A stretch of 64,000 bases of DNA from Oligoflexia bacterium (GCA_963758495.1 CAVWVI010000004.1:160001-224000), one strand, 5' to 3'; positions 9,129 through 18,996 are shown, counted from the first letter of the stretch. Notes: generated from the sequence alone by a model not told the origin. Numbers and translations: made by a program.

Positions 9129-9593
9129 TTAAAAATAAAATTTAATCCCTAAATTAAAACCAACCCCTCGTGCTAAATAACTCCAAAATGGTAGTGAGTA
9201 ACCCACCTCTGAAGACATTACAAAATGTCGAGAATCGTTTATCGCATATTCAGTTCCAATGGCATAATTTAAGCCAAGAATATTTGAACTCTCAAATACA
9301 ATAAAGGCACTAGACTTAAAATATGCAGCAAAGGAGGAAAAATCTATAAGTCTAGACATGGTTCCTAAAGTAAACATTGAATAAGCGGTACTTCCTTCAG
9401 GTGAAGGAAGTAATTCAGAAAATTGCGCAAACATAGAGATATGATTACGATCTGACAAAGGAGAATTTATTCCTACGGTGTAGCCGACTTCTGAATTAAT
9501 GGCACTAGGTCCAGCCATTAAAGAGAAAGTAGATGGAACTGAAGCCATACAGGTCGTAGAAAATATTAAACACAAAAATAAAATTTTTTTCAT
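9129..9593 (-). CDS. Small outer-membrane beta-barrel-like protein
   Basis: Signal peptide, alternating amphipathic strands and C-terminal aromatic BAM-type signal (GVGFNLGIKFYF). Confidence 0.65.
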   Translation of the reverse strand: MKKILFLCLIFSTTCMASVPSTFSLMAGPSAINSEVGYTVGINSPLSDRNHISMFAQFSELLPSPEGSTAYSMFTLGTMSRLIDFSSFAAYFKSSAFIVFESSNILGLNYAIGTEYAINDSRHFVMSSEVGYSLPFWSYLARGVGFNLGIKFYF

Positions 9594-9644
9594 AAAATTT
9601 CTATTAAACTTGAGGTTAGTTTTTATCTAGCCTCAAACATAAAA

Positions 9645-9926
9645 CTATCCAATTGATTTTAGAATCTCTTCTAATATCTGTACTAACGTGTCCTTTGTTG
9701 TAGTAACGCACTCACTTTCTCCACCCACTGACCACACTGAAACTTTGATCATTCCATCTTTTATGGGGGGATCAATACCAATTCGCTTTTCTCCTACACT
9801 GAAAATCCGCAATTGATAATCTTTAAATTCCTTTAAGAATTGTAAATTACTATGCCTTCTTGCGAACGTTTCAATCTCATGATCAATATCTTCAAATAAG
9901 TTTTTTTCTTCTGGCCAATCACTCAT
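9645..9926 (-). CDS. Probable cognate immunity protein (93 aa, MSDWPEEK...)
   Basis: GGAGGTG RBS before ATG 9926. The start overlaps the toxin stop (ATGAGTGA). Small cytoplasmic protein directly downstream of a toxin. Confidence 0.65.
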   Translation of the reverse strand: MSDWPEEKNLFEDIDHEIETFARRHSNLQFLKEFKDYQLRIFSVGEKRIGIDPPIKDGMIKVSVWSVGGESECVTTTKDTLVQILEEILKSIG

Positions 9927-11253
9927 AAAACACCTCCGGTAATTGTCTCGTATTTTTAAAATTTGAAGCATCAATGGACTTCTCTAGTCTGTATTGAATT
10001 GCACCGCTAGGAGCTTCAAGTGGCATTTCAGTAAAATCATTATGAAATTGCACACTCCCTCTACTCATGGGGGTTCCCGATGGAACATGCACATCTGAAA
10101 TAAGAGTTGGAGTTTTTGGTAGTGCATATTTAATTCGGATTCGTTCTGGAGTTAGTCCTTGAATCGAACTCTTCTTCATAACCCAAGCTTTAACCTTATT
10201 TTCTTCACAATGAACTCTTACCCATTTCGTCTTTTTCACGGTATCGAAGAAAACAACATAGGATCCATGTTCATAAGGCGGCAGATAAGTACCAGGTCCT
10301 TGTGTGAATGCAGCATTAACCTGCGTGGCCTCTCGAATGGAGGTTATGCGATGGCTTTTCTTCCAATCATTTAACAAATGTCCAGCGTGACCAATTAACC
10401 GCTCACCCTCACGTATCGCAATTTCAGCAGCATGCTTATCGGCTATCATGTGCGATGCACGTTGGAAAACCTTAGCCATACCACGTGTTGCCTGGACCAT
10501 GGATCGACCACCACCCGCAGTAACCGCTCCAACGAAGGCAAGGCTTCTTTCAACTAAGGAAAGCTGTAATCCAGTAACTAAGTTCTTCCCTGAGAATAAT
10601 TCATAAGTACTTCGGGCAAATCCAGATACGGGATCAAGACCAACCGCGATATCAAGAAACCCCTTAGCTAGTTCTTTATAAAAATTTGCATCCTCTCCGG
10701 CTCCACGTGAAGAAGACAGATCCGCCTCTTCTACTGAGATTAAACCAAACTCACGTGCCTGTTTTCGGTTTTCATAGTAGGGGTTAATTTTATAGAGGTC
10801 TGTATATATACGTTTTAATTCTTCCTTAATAACACCTTCATTTGCTGTAAACTTGTACGGAAGCTCTAGAGGGTCCGAAATAGAATTAACGTCGATATGC
10901 GGATTGGGCGCTTTTTCTAGCAAATCTTGAGTGAGTCGATTGAGCATATCGTCCACTGATTCTTCAACGGAAAAAGAGTGAATACTTTTCGATAGTTGAA
11001 TGGAAGCTTCAACTACCGCTCTCTTCTGTTCAAGTGCAAGTGCCTCACGTTTTGATGCCTCTGCCTGGTTGCGAATTCCTGAATAATCTATAGGTGCAGC
11101 AGGATGAAACACAGAATTCATATTAGAGGAGCCAATTGAATTACTTACCATTGGACCACCTCCTTCACCACCTATAGTCGTGTGAACATTAAAGCCATCA
11201 GTAGCGTAAACAGAACTAGAGAGTAACGACAATAAAACACTAATTAATCTCAT
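9919..11253 (-). CDS. Secreted polymorphic toxin: signal peptide + pre-toxin TG (PT-TG) domain + C-terminal toxin domain
   Basis: PT-TG-like FLDIAVGLDPVSGFARSTYELFSGKNLVTGLQLSLVERSL. C-terminus PPY..WVRV..WVM..GLTPERIRIKYALP..VHVPSGT..G.V..SGAIQY resembles polymorphic-toxin tips. Confidence 0.75.
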   Translation of the reverse strand: MRLISVLLSLLSSSVYATDGFNVHTTIGGEGGGPMVSNSIGSSNMNSVFHPAAPIDYSGIRNQAEASKREALALEQKRAVVEASIQLSKSIHSFSVEESVDDMLNRLTQDLLEKAPNPHIDVNSISDPLELPYKFTANEGVIKEELKRIYTDLYKINPYYENRKQAREFGLISVEEADLSSSRGAGEDANFYKELAKGFLDIAVGLDPVSGFARSTYELFSGKNLVTGLQLSLVERSLAFVGAVTAGGGRSMVQATRGMAKVFQRASHMIADKHAAEIAIREGERLIGHAGHLLNDWKKSHRITSIREATQVNAAFTQGPGTYLPPYEHGSYVVFFDTVKKTKWVRVHCEENKVKAWVMKKSSIQGLTPERIRIKYALPKTPTLISDVHVPSGTPMSRGSVQFHNDFTEMPLEAPSGAIQYRLEKSIDASNFKNTRQLPEVFYE

Positions 11254-11797
11254 GTTTGCGCTCCTCTGTTAATTTCTCTAGCTCAGCAGCAAGGTCTGTT
11301 TTCATTCTCTGAACTGTGTGTCTCAGGTCTGATTGAACTAAGGGATCTCTTAAGTTAAGACCCTGCTGCATATAGTTCTGCATTAGGTTACGCACATCAG
11401 CTGTATGTCTATCTTTAGCTTCATTTTCGAGGTGATCAAAACGAAAATTGACCTGCTCAACTCTCGTACGCTCAGCCTCAGCGGAGGCTAAATTTGCTTG
11501 TTGTCTTTGAAGTTCAGCAGCCTGTTGCGAGGCATAGTTACGTTCGCAATCAGCCAGATTTTTCTCCTTTTCCTGCCATATCCTATGTTGATTGTGAGCA
11601 ACTAATCCTGGAAATACTCCAAAAACCCCACCCCATCCACCAGTTGCAATGCCCCCGTACGTAGCTATACCTGTGGAAATGCCACTAAAAGTTAAACATA
11701 AGTTTCTAAACTTATCCCTTTCTTCTCTCTCTTTCTCACAAATTGCAAAGGCACTTGCACTATATGACAGCAACAATAAAACTATAATTTTCTTCAT
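11240..11797 (-). CDS. Secreted protein with glycine-rich hydrophobic segment and coiled coil
   Basis: Signal peptide (ASAFA) and GISTGIATYGGIATGGWGGVFGVFPGLVA. Its 3' end overlaps the toxin start. Confidence 0.75.
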   Translation of the reverse strand: MKKIIVLLLLSYSASAFAICEKEREERDKFRNLCLTFSGISTGIATYGGIATGGWGGVFGVFPGLVAHNQHRIWQEKEKNLADCERNYASQQAAELQRQQANLASAEAERTRVEQVNFRFDHLENEAKDRHTADVRNLMQNYMQQGLNLRDPLVQSDLRHTVQRMKTDLAAELEKLTEERKHEIN

Positions 11798-11799
11798 GA

Positions 11800-12327
11800 T
11801 TATTTGCGCCCAGTTAAATTATTAATTTCTTCCTGGGTCCATCCCCGAACATCACGAAGGAAAGTGATAGCTTCCTGATTATTGGGATCAAGCATAATAA
11901 CCATCGTGGCCCAATACTCTTTAAGAATTGGGTCCTGCTCCTGGTTCATAGCATTAAGAATTTCGTCAAGTGTCTCAACTCGATTTCTTGCTTCTTCTTC
12001 ACGTCTTTTCTGCTCAAACTCTCTACGCCTTTGAGCATCCCGGGTGACTTTCTCTTCCCATTCCCGCCTAGCTTTATCATTGGCTTCTCTAGCCTGCTGA
12101 CGTTCCCATTCTGCTTTCTCAATAATACTTCGTTCTAGCTCAAGCCTTCTTTGCTCTAAAATATGCCTTGCTTTATGCTCTTCTACTTCTACTTTCCTTC
12201 TATTACTCTCTACATCCATACGAACTTGTCGTTCACGTTGCTCTCTCATAGGGTCATGAGACATTCCACTTCCATTATTACCAGCTAAGGCGCTAGATGT
12301 TAATAATGTTAATAAAATGATATACAT
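11800..12327 (-). CDS. Secreted E/R/Q-rich coiled-coil protein, first gene of the toxin operon
   Basis: Signal peptide (SSALA), AGGAG RBS; its stop is 2 bp from the next start. Confidence 0.75.
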   Translation of the reverse strand: MYIILLTLLTSSALAGNNGSGMSHDPMREQRERQVRMDVESNRRKVEVEEHKARHILEQRRLELERSIIEKAEWERQQAREANDKARREWEEKVTRDAQRRREFEQKRREEEARNRVETLDEILNAMNQEQDPILKEYWATMVIMLDPNNQEAITFLRDVRGWTQEEINNLTGRK

Positions 12328-12691
12328 TTGTACTCCTAATGAATCCCTAATTCCTTAACTTCTAAAAAAATATTTTTAATCTTTTATTATAGAGTTATAT
12401 AGAATTCAATAATATTTATAAATATTTATAATAACGACAATACAGCCGTACAATTGTTATGATTGACTCTCAATTTGAGAAGCAAGATTTTATAATCCCT
12501 CATATCACTTTCATTTTTTAGCAATAATCGTGAGAAATTTACGATTCGCCTTTCACGGTACTCTGAGATATGGTTTTAAATATTATTAGGAAAATTGGAT
12601 TTTCAAATATAGTTAAAAGCATTCTTCTTTTTAACTTTGCTCTCAAAGACAGAATTCCCTGAGTGTTAGGATTTGCTAATTAACGCAATAC

Positions 12692-12724
12692 TTCTCTCCT
12701 GAGAGATTTGTTCTCAAGAGAGAA
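12692..12724. terminator. 3' hairpin of module copy 2
   Basis: TTCTCTCCTGAGA-gatttgt-TCTCAAGAGAGAA (one G-U pair on the minus-strand transcript). Confidence 0.65.
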
Positions 12725-12739
12725 TGAATAGAAAAATAA

Positions 12740-13045
12740 CTAGAGCGCCCGACAGAGCTTATAGACACAAGCACCAAGGTGATCAGCTTGATCACGGAGA
12801 GAAGCAGGAACTCGATCAGCAAGATCTAAAATAGCTTGTACTTCGCGAGTGCTGCCCATTGCGATCTGGTAGAAGCGTCTACGATCAGCCGGAGAATCCT
12901 TACCAGAACCCTCCGCAAGGTTGAGAACCACGCTGGATGCGGCACGAAGACACTGATCCTTGAGATACGATGGAAGTTGGAGTGACCGACACTCTTTGAA
13001 TACTTGTACTCCAACCTGATAACTCCTGAATTGATTATGGACCAT
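12740..13045 (-). CDS. Four-helix-bundle protein, copy 2, 101 aa
   Basis: 100/101 aa identical to copy 1 (A12G), with the same RBS and leader. Confidence 0.9.
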   Translation of the reverse strand: MVHNQFRSYQVGVQVFKECRSLQLPSYLKDQCLRAASSVVLNLAEGSGKDSPADRRRFYQIAMGSTREVQAILDLADRVPASLRDQADHLGACVYKLCRAL

Positions 13046-13229
13046 GATAAGCTCCTTTCGAATTTTTGAGGAACAGCCCTCAAGTGACAACGGGGCTGTT
13101 TCTCGAAAAAAGAAAGGAGCGATGGGGCCATACCTCTAATTCCAGGAAATAGGGGTAAGGCAGATCTTCTGGGGTCGGTCATTCCGGGACTCCGGGATGC
13201 AGGATTCAGAATGCTGGGCTCAGGTTCCA

Positions 13230-13425
13230 AGGAACCTGATTCCAGGAACCTGATCCCAGGAACCTGATTCCAGGAACCTGATTCCAGGAACCTGATTCCA
13301 GGAACCTGATTCCAGGAACCTGATCCCAGGAACCTGATTCCAGGAACCTGATTCCAGGAACCTGATTCCAGGAACCTGATTCCAGGAACCTGATTCCAGG
13401 AACCTGATTCCAGGAACCTGATTCC
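13230..13425 (-). repeat. 14-bp tandem array, 14 units (GGAATCAGGTTCCT on the minus strand; two GGGATC variants)
   Basis: Counted directly as AGGAACCTGATTCC units on the plus strand. Confidence 0.95.
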
Positions 13426-13451
13426 CGAATCCAGCCTCAAGCTCTATTTTG

Positions 13452-16400
13452 TCATTCAGCATCAACCAAATTAAGAGGAAGTTCTACTATAAAAGTGGAT
13501 CCTATGCCCAGCTTACTTTCGAGCAAAATACGCCCTCCGTGAGCTTGAACAATTTGTTGAGAAATATAGAGCCCCAATCCAAATCCACCGAAATGCCGAA
13601 CTGAGATCGCGCGCTCATAGCGACCAAAAATCCTTGCTTGATCCTTTTCATCAATCCCGATTCCAAAATCTTGAACTGTCAACTTTGCATGATGATTCTT
13701 TACTTCAACCTTAACTTTAATGGGCATTCCAGCCCCATATTTGATTGCATTCGTGAGCAAGTTGACGACAACTTGTTCAATTCGGAGATAGTCCCATCGA
13801 CCACTCACTTTCTCTTTCACCTCAAGCTCGACCTTGCAATTCGCCTGTGACCATTGTGTCTGGTAACGCTCTACTACTTCACAAACTAGCTTGGATAAAT
13901 CAATGACCTCAACATTGAGCCTCAGATGTCCGGTACTAATCCTTGAGACATCCAATAAATCTTCCACCAGTTTGGAAAGTCGGTCCACTTGCTGGTCTGA
14001 AGATTTAAAGAGGTTCAATAAACTCTTTTGAACTGTAGAAGTACCTAAGCTTGGGTCAAAGGTAGGCACTTTAGCAATCAGACCTTTTAAAAGGTGCAAC
14101 TGCATTTTCAGCGGTGTAAGAGGAGTTTTCAATTCGTGGGCAGCAATCATCATGAATTCATCCCGAATCTGAAGTGCTTTCTCGGCTACGGAACGGGCTT
14201 GTTGCTCTTGCTGAATCGAAAATGCAACTTCAAGTGAAATCGCCGCTTGCGAAGCAAGTAGATCAAGAACCGTAACATGTTCCGACGTAAATGCATGAGT
14301 CATGAGGTTATTCTCAAGGTAAAGCAATCCGACCACCCTCGTTCCACGAGTGATCGGGAGGCAAAGCACTGATTTAGGTTGAGCTTTTAAAAGATACCTA
14401 TCCGACTGGAACTTTCCACGTCCGGCGGGAGTGCGAGCATCTCCCAGAATCACCTTTTCTCGGGCGCGTAGAACGAATTGGATGATGGATTCTGAAACAA
14501 GCGAGGAATCTAGCGGAGTCACAGATGCTATTCTCATTTCAATGCCTATTTCGGTAGATAGAGCTTCCGCCTCGATTCGGGGTTTCCCATCGTGAATCAA
14601 AAACAGGTAACCTCTCTGTGCACCACTTTTCTCAATGACAACTTGGACAAGTCGACATATGAGATTTTTGAGCTCAATTTCCCCAGAAATACTCTGGGAC
14701 GCTTTAATCACTGAAAGTAGATCCAAGTGTTCAGGTCGAGTAGCAAAAGTACCTGTACGCTCGGCTTCTGGATGTTCCGCAAGTTGAGGGTAAATTCGCT
14801 CGAGTTGCTTCACTTTTCCGTCGGCCCCCCAACGAGCATAGCAAGCGCGAGCGTCCCTCAGGTAAACTTCTCCAATACGGGTGAAACCACGACCTAGATA
14901 ATAACGAGCAGCAAGATCAAAACCCAATGCTTCATTTTGCGTCAAGCCCTGCTCACGCGCTCTACTAATTGCTTGTTCATAGAGATGTTCAGCTTCAGGA
15001 TGATTCCCTTCGATACGAGCGATTTCAGCTGCTAGAAGTGCATATTTATACTGAAAGTTCTCTGGGGAGTACTCCGACCAAGCACGAAAATGCTCACATT
15101 CTTCACGAAGGGCATTGAGGTGAACTTCACGCTCAACAGACGTAGCTTGATTGAATAGCGCGGCCCTCGTAAGCCCATGAAAATAATGATACTCAGGAAC
15201 TTCCACAAAGGAAGGGGAAGCCCATAGTAATTCCTTAGCTTTCTGTGCGGCTTTAAGCGCCTCATCGTAATTATTTGATAGAAATCGCGCCATCAGTTTC
15301 CAAATGTAATACCAACAAATGCTAATCGCCAAAGAGGCCCGGTTCATTTCAAAATGAGCTTCATAGTGCTCTTCATTAAAATTCTCATCGTTGAACGTAG
15401 AAAAATGATCCGTACGTCCTTGAAGATTCATTATTAATCGTTGTTGGCTGGTAATGATGAGCTCGACCAGCCGAAGTTTTACTTTTCGAACGAATGCTAA
15501 CCCTTCTTCAGAAATACGGTAGACTTCTGAAAGTGGAGCACCTCGCACAATATGGAAGGTGACAAGATTATTATAGTAGTAGCAGACATAGGTCAGGTCT
15601 CCCGTTTGCAACGCTATTTGACGAGCCCTTTGTAAAATATCGTGATTGAGATCAAGGGGTTGTGTCCATGCACTCACTAAGGAAAAATTGATCTGTGCTC
15701 TAGCCTGGTAAACACTCAGCCCATTTCGACCGGTTAGGCTACAGCCGAGCTTTGCGAATCGATAGGCTTCACGATACCGTCCGAAAAAGTGTACTAATAC
15801 CATTCCGAGAAGAACATAACCATAGCCTGAATTGTTTACGTTGCCGAAAAGCACCATTAGATTGGCCACTCGACAAATAAGAAGACAGAGCAGGTTGCCG
15901 CTTGTAGTAAGCACTGTGGTATAGAGCGCAATCAGAACTTCCATAATAATGATTGCATCGGGATCAGTCATAAGAGGAAGATCAATCAGCTCTTCAATGG
16001 TTCGAGTGCCTATATTTCGCTCAAGTTGCTCGTATTCTGCCTGGGGCTCAGCCCAATTGGGATGAGGTAACCAGTGGATTCCGAAATGACGTAAAAAGGC
16101 TAGACCGATTTCGACCGCCTTACGATTATCACCCTGCACTCCACAAAGCACAATCTCGGCGCAAGCGACATCAGCGAGATGCCGCTTAGTCTGTCCCCGA
16201 TCCCGCAACTCAGCTAACAAATCCTTCGCTAATTCGAGATTTCCTATGAGAAATTCAGCCCGTGCTCGCTCCAAATGGAGTTCAAAAGTCAGCACATAAT
16301 GAGAACTCCAAGAGTCTGTTTGCAACAACAACATCCCCATAGAAAAGTAGTTCACTGCCGCAATATATGCAGCCGCAGCCTTAGCTTTGCGTCCTGCAAT

Positions 16401-18635
16401 CAGGCTCAATTCAGAAAGATGCTGACGCTCCTCTAATGTAAGGAGAGCATGCCCTGGCGTGAATTGATTGACGATTTCAAAGATACGATCATTCAGATCG
16501 GCTTCTGAGATGCTTTTCAACATCAGCCTTCCAATACGCAAATGATATCCTGGGCGCTCCTCTTGAGGAATGAAAGAGTAAGCTGCTTGTTGAATCCGAT
16601 CGTGAGCGAAAAGATAAGTATTTCCTGTCCGAAGGAGTAACCCTTCTTGAAGCGCTCCGAACAAGGATTGGTGAATAGCTCCCTCATCCTGTTCACTCAC
16701 TCTAGCTAGCAAACTCGCATCGGTAGAATTCCCTACGCTCGCTACTAGCTTTAATATTTCTTGTGTTTCGGGAGCTAAGTGACCAATTCTTGCGACCATC
16801 AGATCTACAACATTGTCAGTATATCCCTTGCTTCGAATTCGCTTTAAATCCCACTTCCATTGACTCAAAACATAATCAAAGAAAAGTAAGCCATCATGCT
16901 GCAATTCCGTTAAGAATTGGATGGCAAAGAATGGATTTCCCCCCGTTTTTTCAAACAGCAACTCTGCCAAATCCGACACTTGCTCTGGCAATTGTCGTAA
17001 CGTATTGGCAACAAGGTGTGTTAGGTGTGGAAGTGACAGGGGAAAAAGGACAATATGATCCACCAGACGTCTCGCAGCACGAATCTTTTCGATTGTGATC
17101 AGGAGCGGATGGGGAGACACGACCTCTTTGTCACGATAAGCACCGATAATAAAAAAGGGGACCGAACTCAGTTCGGTAATGAGATGTTCTAGAAGTTGCA
17201 AGCTTCCTTGATCGGTCCATTGAAGGTCATCTAAAAAAAGAACCAGCGGATGCTCGGCGCGTGCAAATACTCCGACAAAGCGTGTGAAAACCAATTGAAA
17301 TCGCTCTTGATCTTGCAATAATCCGAGCGTGGGTACTTTTGGCTGCGGTCCTAAGATCAGTTCGACTTCAGGAATCAGATCAGTAATAAGACGAGCATTA
17401 GCTTCCAGCGCAGCAACGAGTCGATTTCGCCACTGGGAGAGGGTTTGTTCGTTTTCTCCTAGAAATTCGCTTATGAGTGATCGAAACGCCTGAGCCAGAG
17501 TTGCATAAGGAATATTTCGTTTATATTGATCAAACTTGCCGCTCAAAAAGAAGCCTCGTACCCCGACGATCGAACTTAAAAGTTCTTGAACTAGAGCAGA
17601 TTTACCGATGCCAGAGTAGCCTGACACTAATGTAAGTTCCGCTCGATTCGTATTAACCACTCGATGAAAGGCATTTTTGAGCACACCGAGTTCCATCTCA
17701 CGGCCATAAAGGATCTGAGGAATTTGTAACTTATCGGAAATGTCATGCGTACCTAGTACAAAAGTTTCAATACACCCAGCGAGTAGAAGCTGAGTTCGGC
17801 AAAGATTTAGATCTTCCTTAACACCACTGGCTGTTTGATAACGATCCTCGGCCATTTTCGACAAAAGCTTGAGCACAATGTCAGAGATGGGCTGAGGAAT
17901 ATGAGGAATAACAGTTCTGGGTGAGGGGGCAGGACGAGCAACATGACAGTGAACCCATTCAAGCGGATCTTGCGCATCAAAGGGAAACCTCAGGGTCAGC
18001 ATCTTAAAGAAAACAACACCCAGTGAATAAAGATCACTTCGATTATCGATCACTCGATTCATGCCCCCCGTCTGCTCAGGTGACATGTAAGGAAAGGACC
18101 CTTCGATAATTCTGGACTTCTGAATAGGTCGTCGTTCACGTGGGAGCTGGGTGGCAATTCCAAAGCCCGTAATCTTGACCTCACCAGTGGTAGGATGAAT
18201 TAAGATGTTCTCGGGCTTAATATCTTTGTGAATGATGTTCTCACGGTGAATTTCGGAAAGTGCCTCAGCGATCTGTTCGCCCACACGCAAAAAATCCACA
18301 GACTCCATGGGTGAATTAAGTAAGCTGTTGAGTGAAATTCCATCAAAATCTTCGTAAACTAATGCGGGTAATCCTTCATAAACTGTTCTCTCCAGGGGCT
18401 TCAAGACAGCTCGAACACTCAATTCACGAGCGAATTCATACTCGCGGGTGAGCAATTCAACATCACTTTGAGATCGAAAAGATGAGAGCACTTTAAGAAG
18501 TACAAGGTGTTGATGATCACGCCAAAAGCCCCGATAAAGAACCATTCGATCATCTCGATAGACCGTCTGGCGAGGAGTAAATCGTCCAAAATTTGGAACC
18601 ACATTTTCGCCTGCTTGTTTAATCAGCGGATACAT
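13452..18635 (-). CDS. Hybrid Ser/Thr kinase - AAA ATPase - GAF - histidine kinase sensor (ORF open to 18680)
   Basis: HKDIKPENIL, YMSPEQTG, Walker A GYSGIGKS, LFLDDLQW, GAF (SVLCLPI..LYLEN), H-box AHELKTPL, NLLTNAIKY and GFGLGL. Confidence 0.92.
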   Translation of the reverse strand: MYPLIKQAGENVVPNFGRFTPRQTVYRDDRMVLYRGFWRDHQHLVLLKVLSSFRSQSDVELLTREYEFARELSVRAVLKPLERTVYEGLPALVYEDFDGISLNSLLNSPMESVDFLRVGEQIAEALSEIHRENIIHKDIKPENILIHPTTGEVKITGFGIATQLPRERRPIQKSRIIEGSFPYMSPEQTGGMNRVIDNRSDLYSLGVVFFKMLTLRFPFDAQDPLEWVHCHVARPAPSPRTVIPHIPQPISDIVLKLLSKMAEDRYQTASGVKEDLNLCRTQLLLAGCIETFVLGTHDISDKLQIPQILYGREMELGVLKNAFHRVVNTNRAELTLVSGYSGIGKSALVQELLSSIVGVRGFFLSGKFDQYKRNIPYATLAQAFRSLISEFLGENEQTLSQWRNRLVAALEANARLITDLIPEVELILGPQPKVPTLGLLQDQERFQLVFTRFVGVFARAEHPLVLFLDDLQWTDQGSLQLLEHLITELSSVPFFIIGAYRDKEVVSPHPLLITIEKIRAARRLVDHIVLFPLSLPHLTHLVANTLRQLPEQVSDLAELLFEKTGGNPFFAIQFLTELQHDGLLFFDYVLSQWKWDLKRIRSKGYTDNVVDLMVARIGHLAPETQEILKLVASVGNSTDASLLARVSEQDEGAIHQSLFGALQEGLLLRTGNTYLFAHDRIQQAAYSFIPQEERPGYHLRIGRLMLKSISEADLNDRIFEIVNQFTPGHALLTLEERQHLSELSLIAGRKAKAAAAYIAAVNYFSMGMLLLQTDSWSSHYVLTFELHLERARAEFLIGNLELAKDLLAELRDRGQTKRHLADVACAEIVLCGVQGDNRKAVEIGLAFLRHFGIHWLPHPNWAEPQAEYEQLERNIGTRTIEELIDLPLMTDPDAIIIMEVLIALYTTVLTTSGNLLCLLICRVANLMVLFGNVNNSGYGYVLLGMVLVHFFGRYREAYRFAKLGCSLTGRNGLSVYQARAQINFSLVSAWTQPLDLNHDILQRARQIALQTGDLTYVCYYYNNLVTFHIVRGAPLSEVYRISEEGLAFVRKVKLRLVELIITSQQRLIMNLQGRTDHFSTFNDENFNEEHYEAHFEMNRASLAISICWYYIWKLMARFLSNNYDEALKAAQKAKELLWASPSFVEVPEYHYFHGLTRAALFNQATSVEREVHLNALREECEHFRAWSEYSPENFQYKYALLAAEIARIEGNHPEAEHLYEQAISRAREQGLTQNEALGFDLAARYYLGRGFTRIGEVYLRDARACYARWGADGKVKQLERIYPQLAEHPEAERTGTFATRPEHLDLLSVIKASQSISGEIELKNLICRLVQVVIEKSGAQRGYLFLIHDGKPRIEAEALSTEIGIEMRIASVTPLDSSLVSESIIQFVLRAREKVILGDARTPAGRGKFQSDRYLLKAQPKSVLCLPITRGTRVVGLLYLENNLMTHAFTSEHVTVLDLLASQAAISLEVAFSIQQEQQARSVAEKALQIRDEFMMIAAHELKTPLTPLKMQLHLLKGLIAKVPTFDPSLGTSTVQKSLLNLFKSSDQQVDRLSKLVEDLLDVSRISTGHLRLNVEVIDLSKLVCEVVERYQTQWSQANCKVELEVKEKVSGRWDYLRIEQVVVNLLTNAIKYGAGMPIKVKVEVKNHHAKLTVQDFGIGIDEKDQARIFGRYERAISVRHFGGFGLGLYISQQIVQAHGGRILLESKLGIGSTFIVELPLNLVDAE

Positions 18636-18996
18636 GACCGCAATACTCTCGAACGATCTTATAAAGGACATCCAGCTCAACAGGCTTTTTAATAATACAT
18701 TTGGCTTTGATACCTTGAGTTCGATCGCTAAATGCCGTTACAACAACCACAGGGATAGAAGCAAGAGTCACATCACTGTCAAGCGCTTTCACAAAGCCCC
18801 AGCCATCCATAACGGGCATCATTAAGTCGACCAAAACTAAACAGGGACGCGGAATTTTAAGTAACGCTTCAATACCTTCTTTTCCGTTGTTTGCAGTAAA
18901 AACGACGTATCCCTCTAACTCTAAAGCGACTTGTAATGTCTCGCAGATTGCTTGATCGTCTTCAACAATTAGAACACTAGCGCATCGCACCGTCAT
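18619..18996 (-). CDS. Single-domain response regulator (receiver)
   Basis: VLIVEDD, DLMMPVMDG, VVVVTA and IKKP motifs. Overlaps the kinase start. Confidence 0.9.
   Translation of the reverse strand: MTVRCASVLIVEDDQAICETLQVALELEGYVVFTANNGKEGIEALLKIPRPCLVLVDLMMPVMDGWGFVKALDSDVTLASIPVVVVTAFSDRTQGIKAKCIIKKPVELDVLYKIVREYCGHVSAD

Larger units (their letters stand above)
12692..13438 (-). mobile_element. Repeat-array/four-helix-bundle module, copy 2 (inverted duplicate of 8390-9058)
   Basis: See copy 1. This copy has a longer array. Confidence 0.6.

Noticed and set aside
8705..13045. Diversity-generating retroelement (Avd-like genes with repeats)
   Set aside because: No reverse transcriptase in the window, and the differences between copies are third-position changes rather than adenine-specific TR/VR mismatches.
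8403..13425. 14-bp arrays as CRISPR arrays
   Set aside because: Units are contiguous with no spacers, too short, and no cas genes are present.
8390..13438. Classical composite transposon or 23S rRNA intervening sequence
   Set aside because: No transposase, terminal IR/TSD or rRNA sequence is visible.
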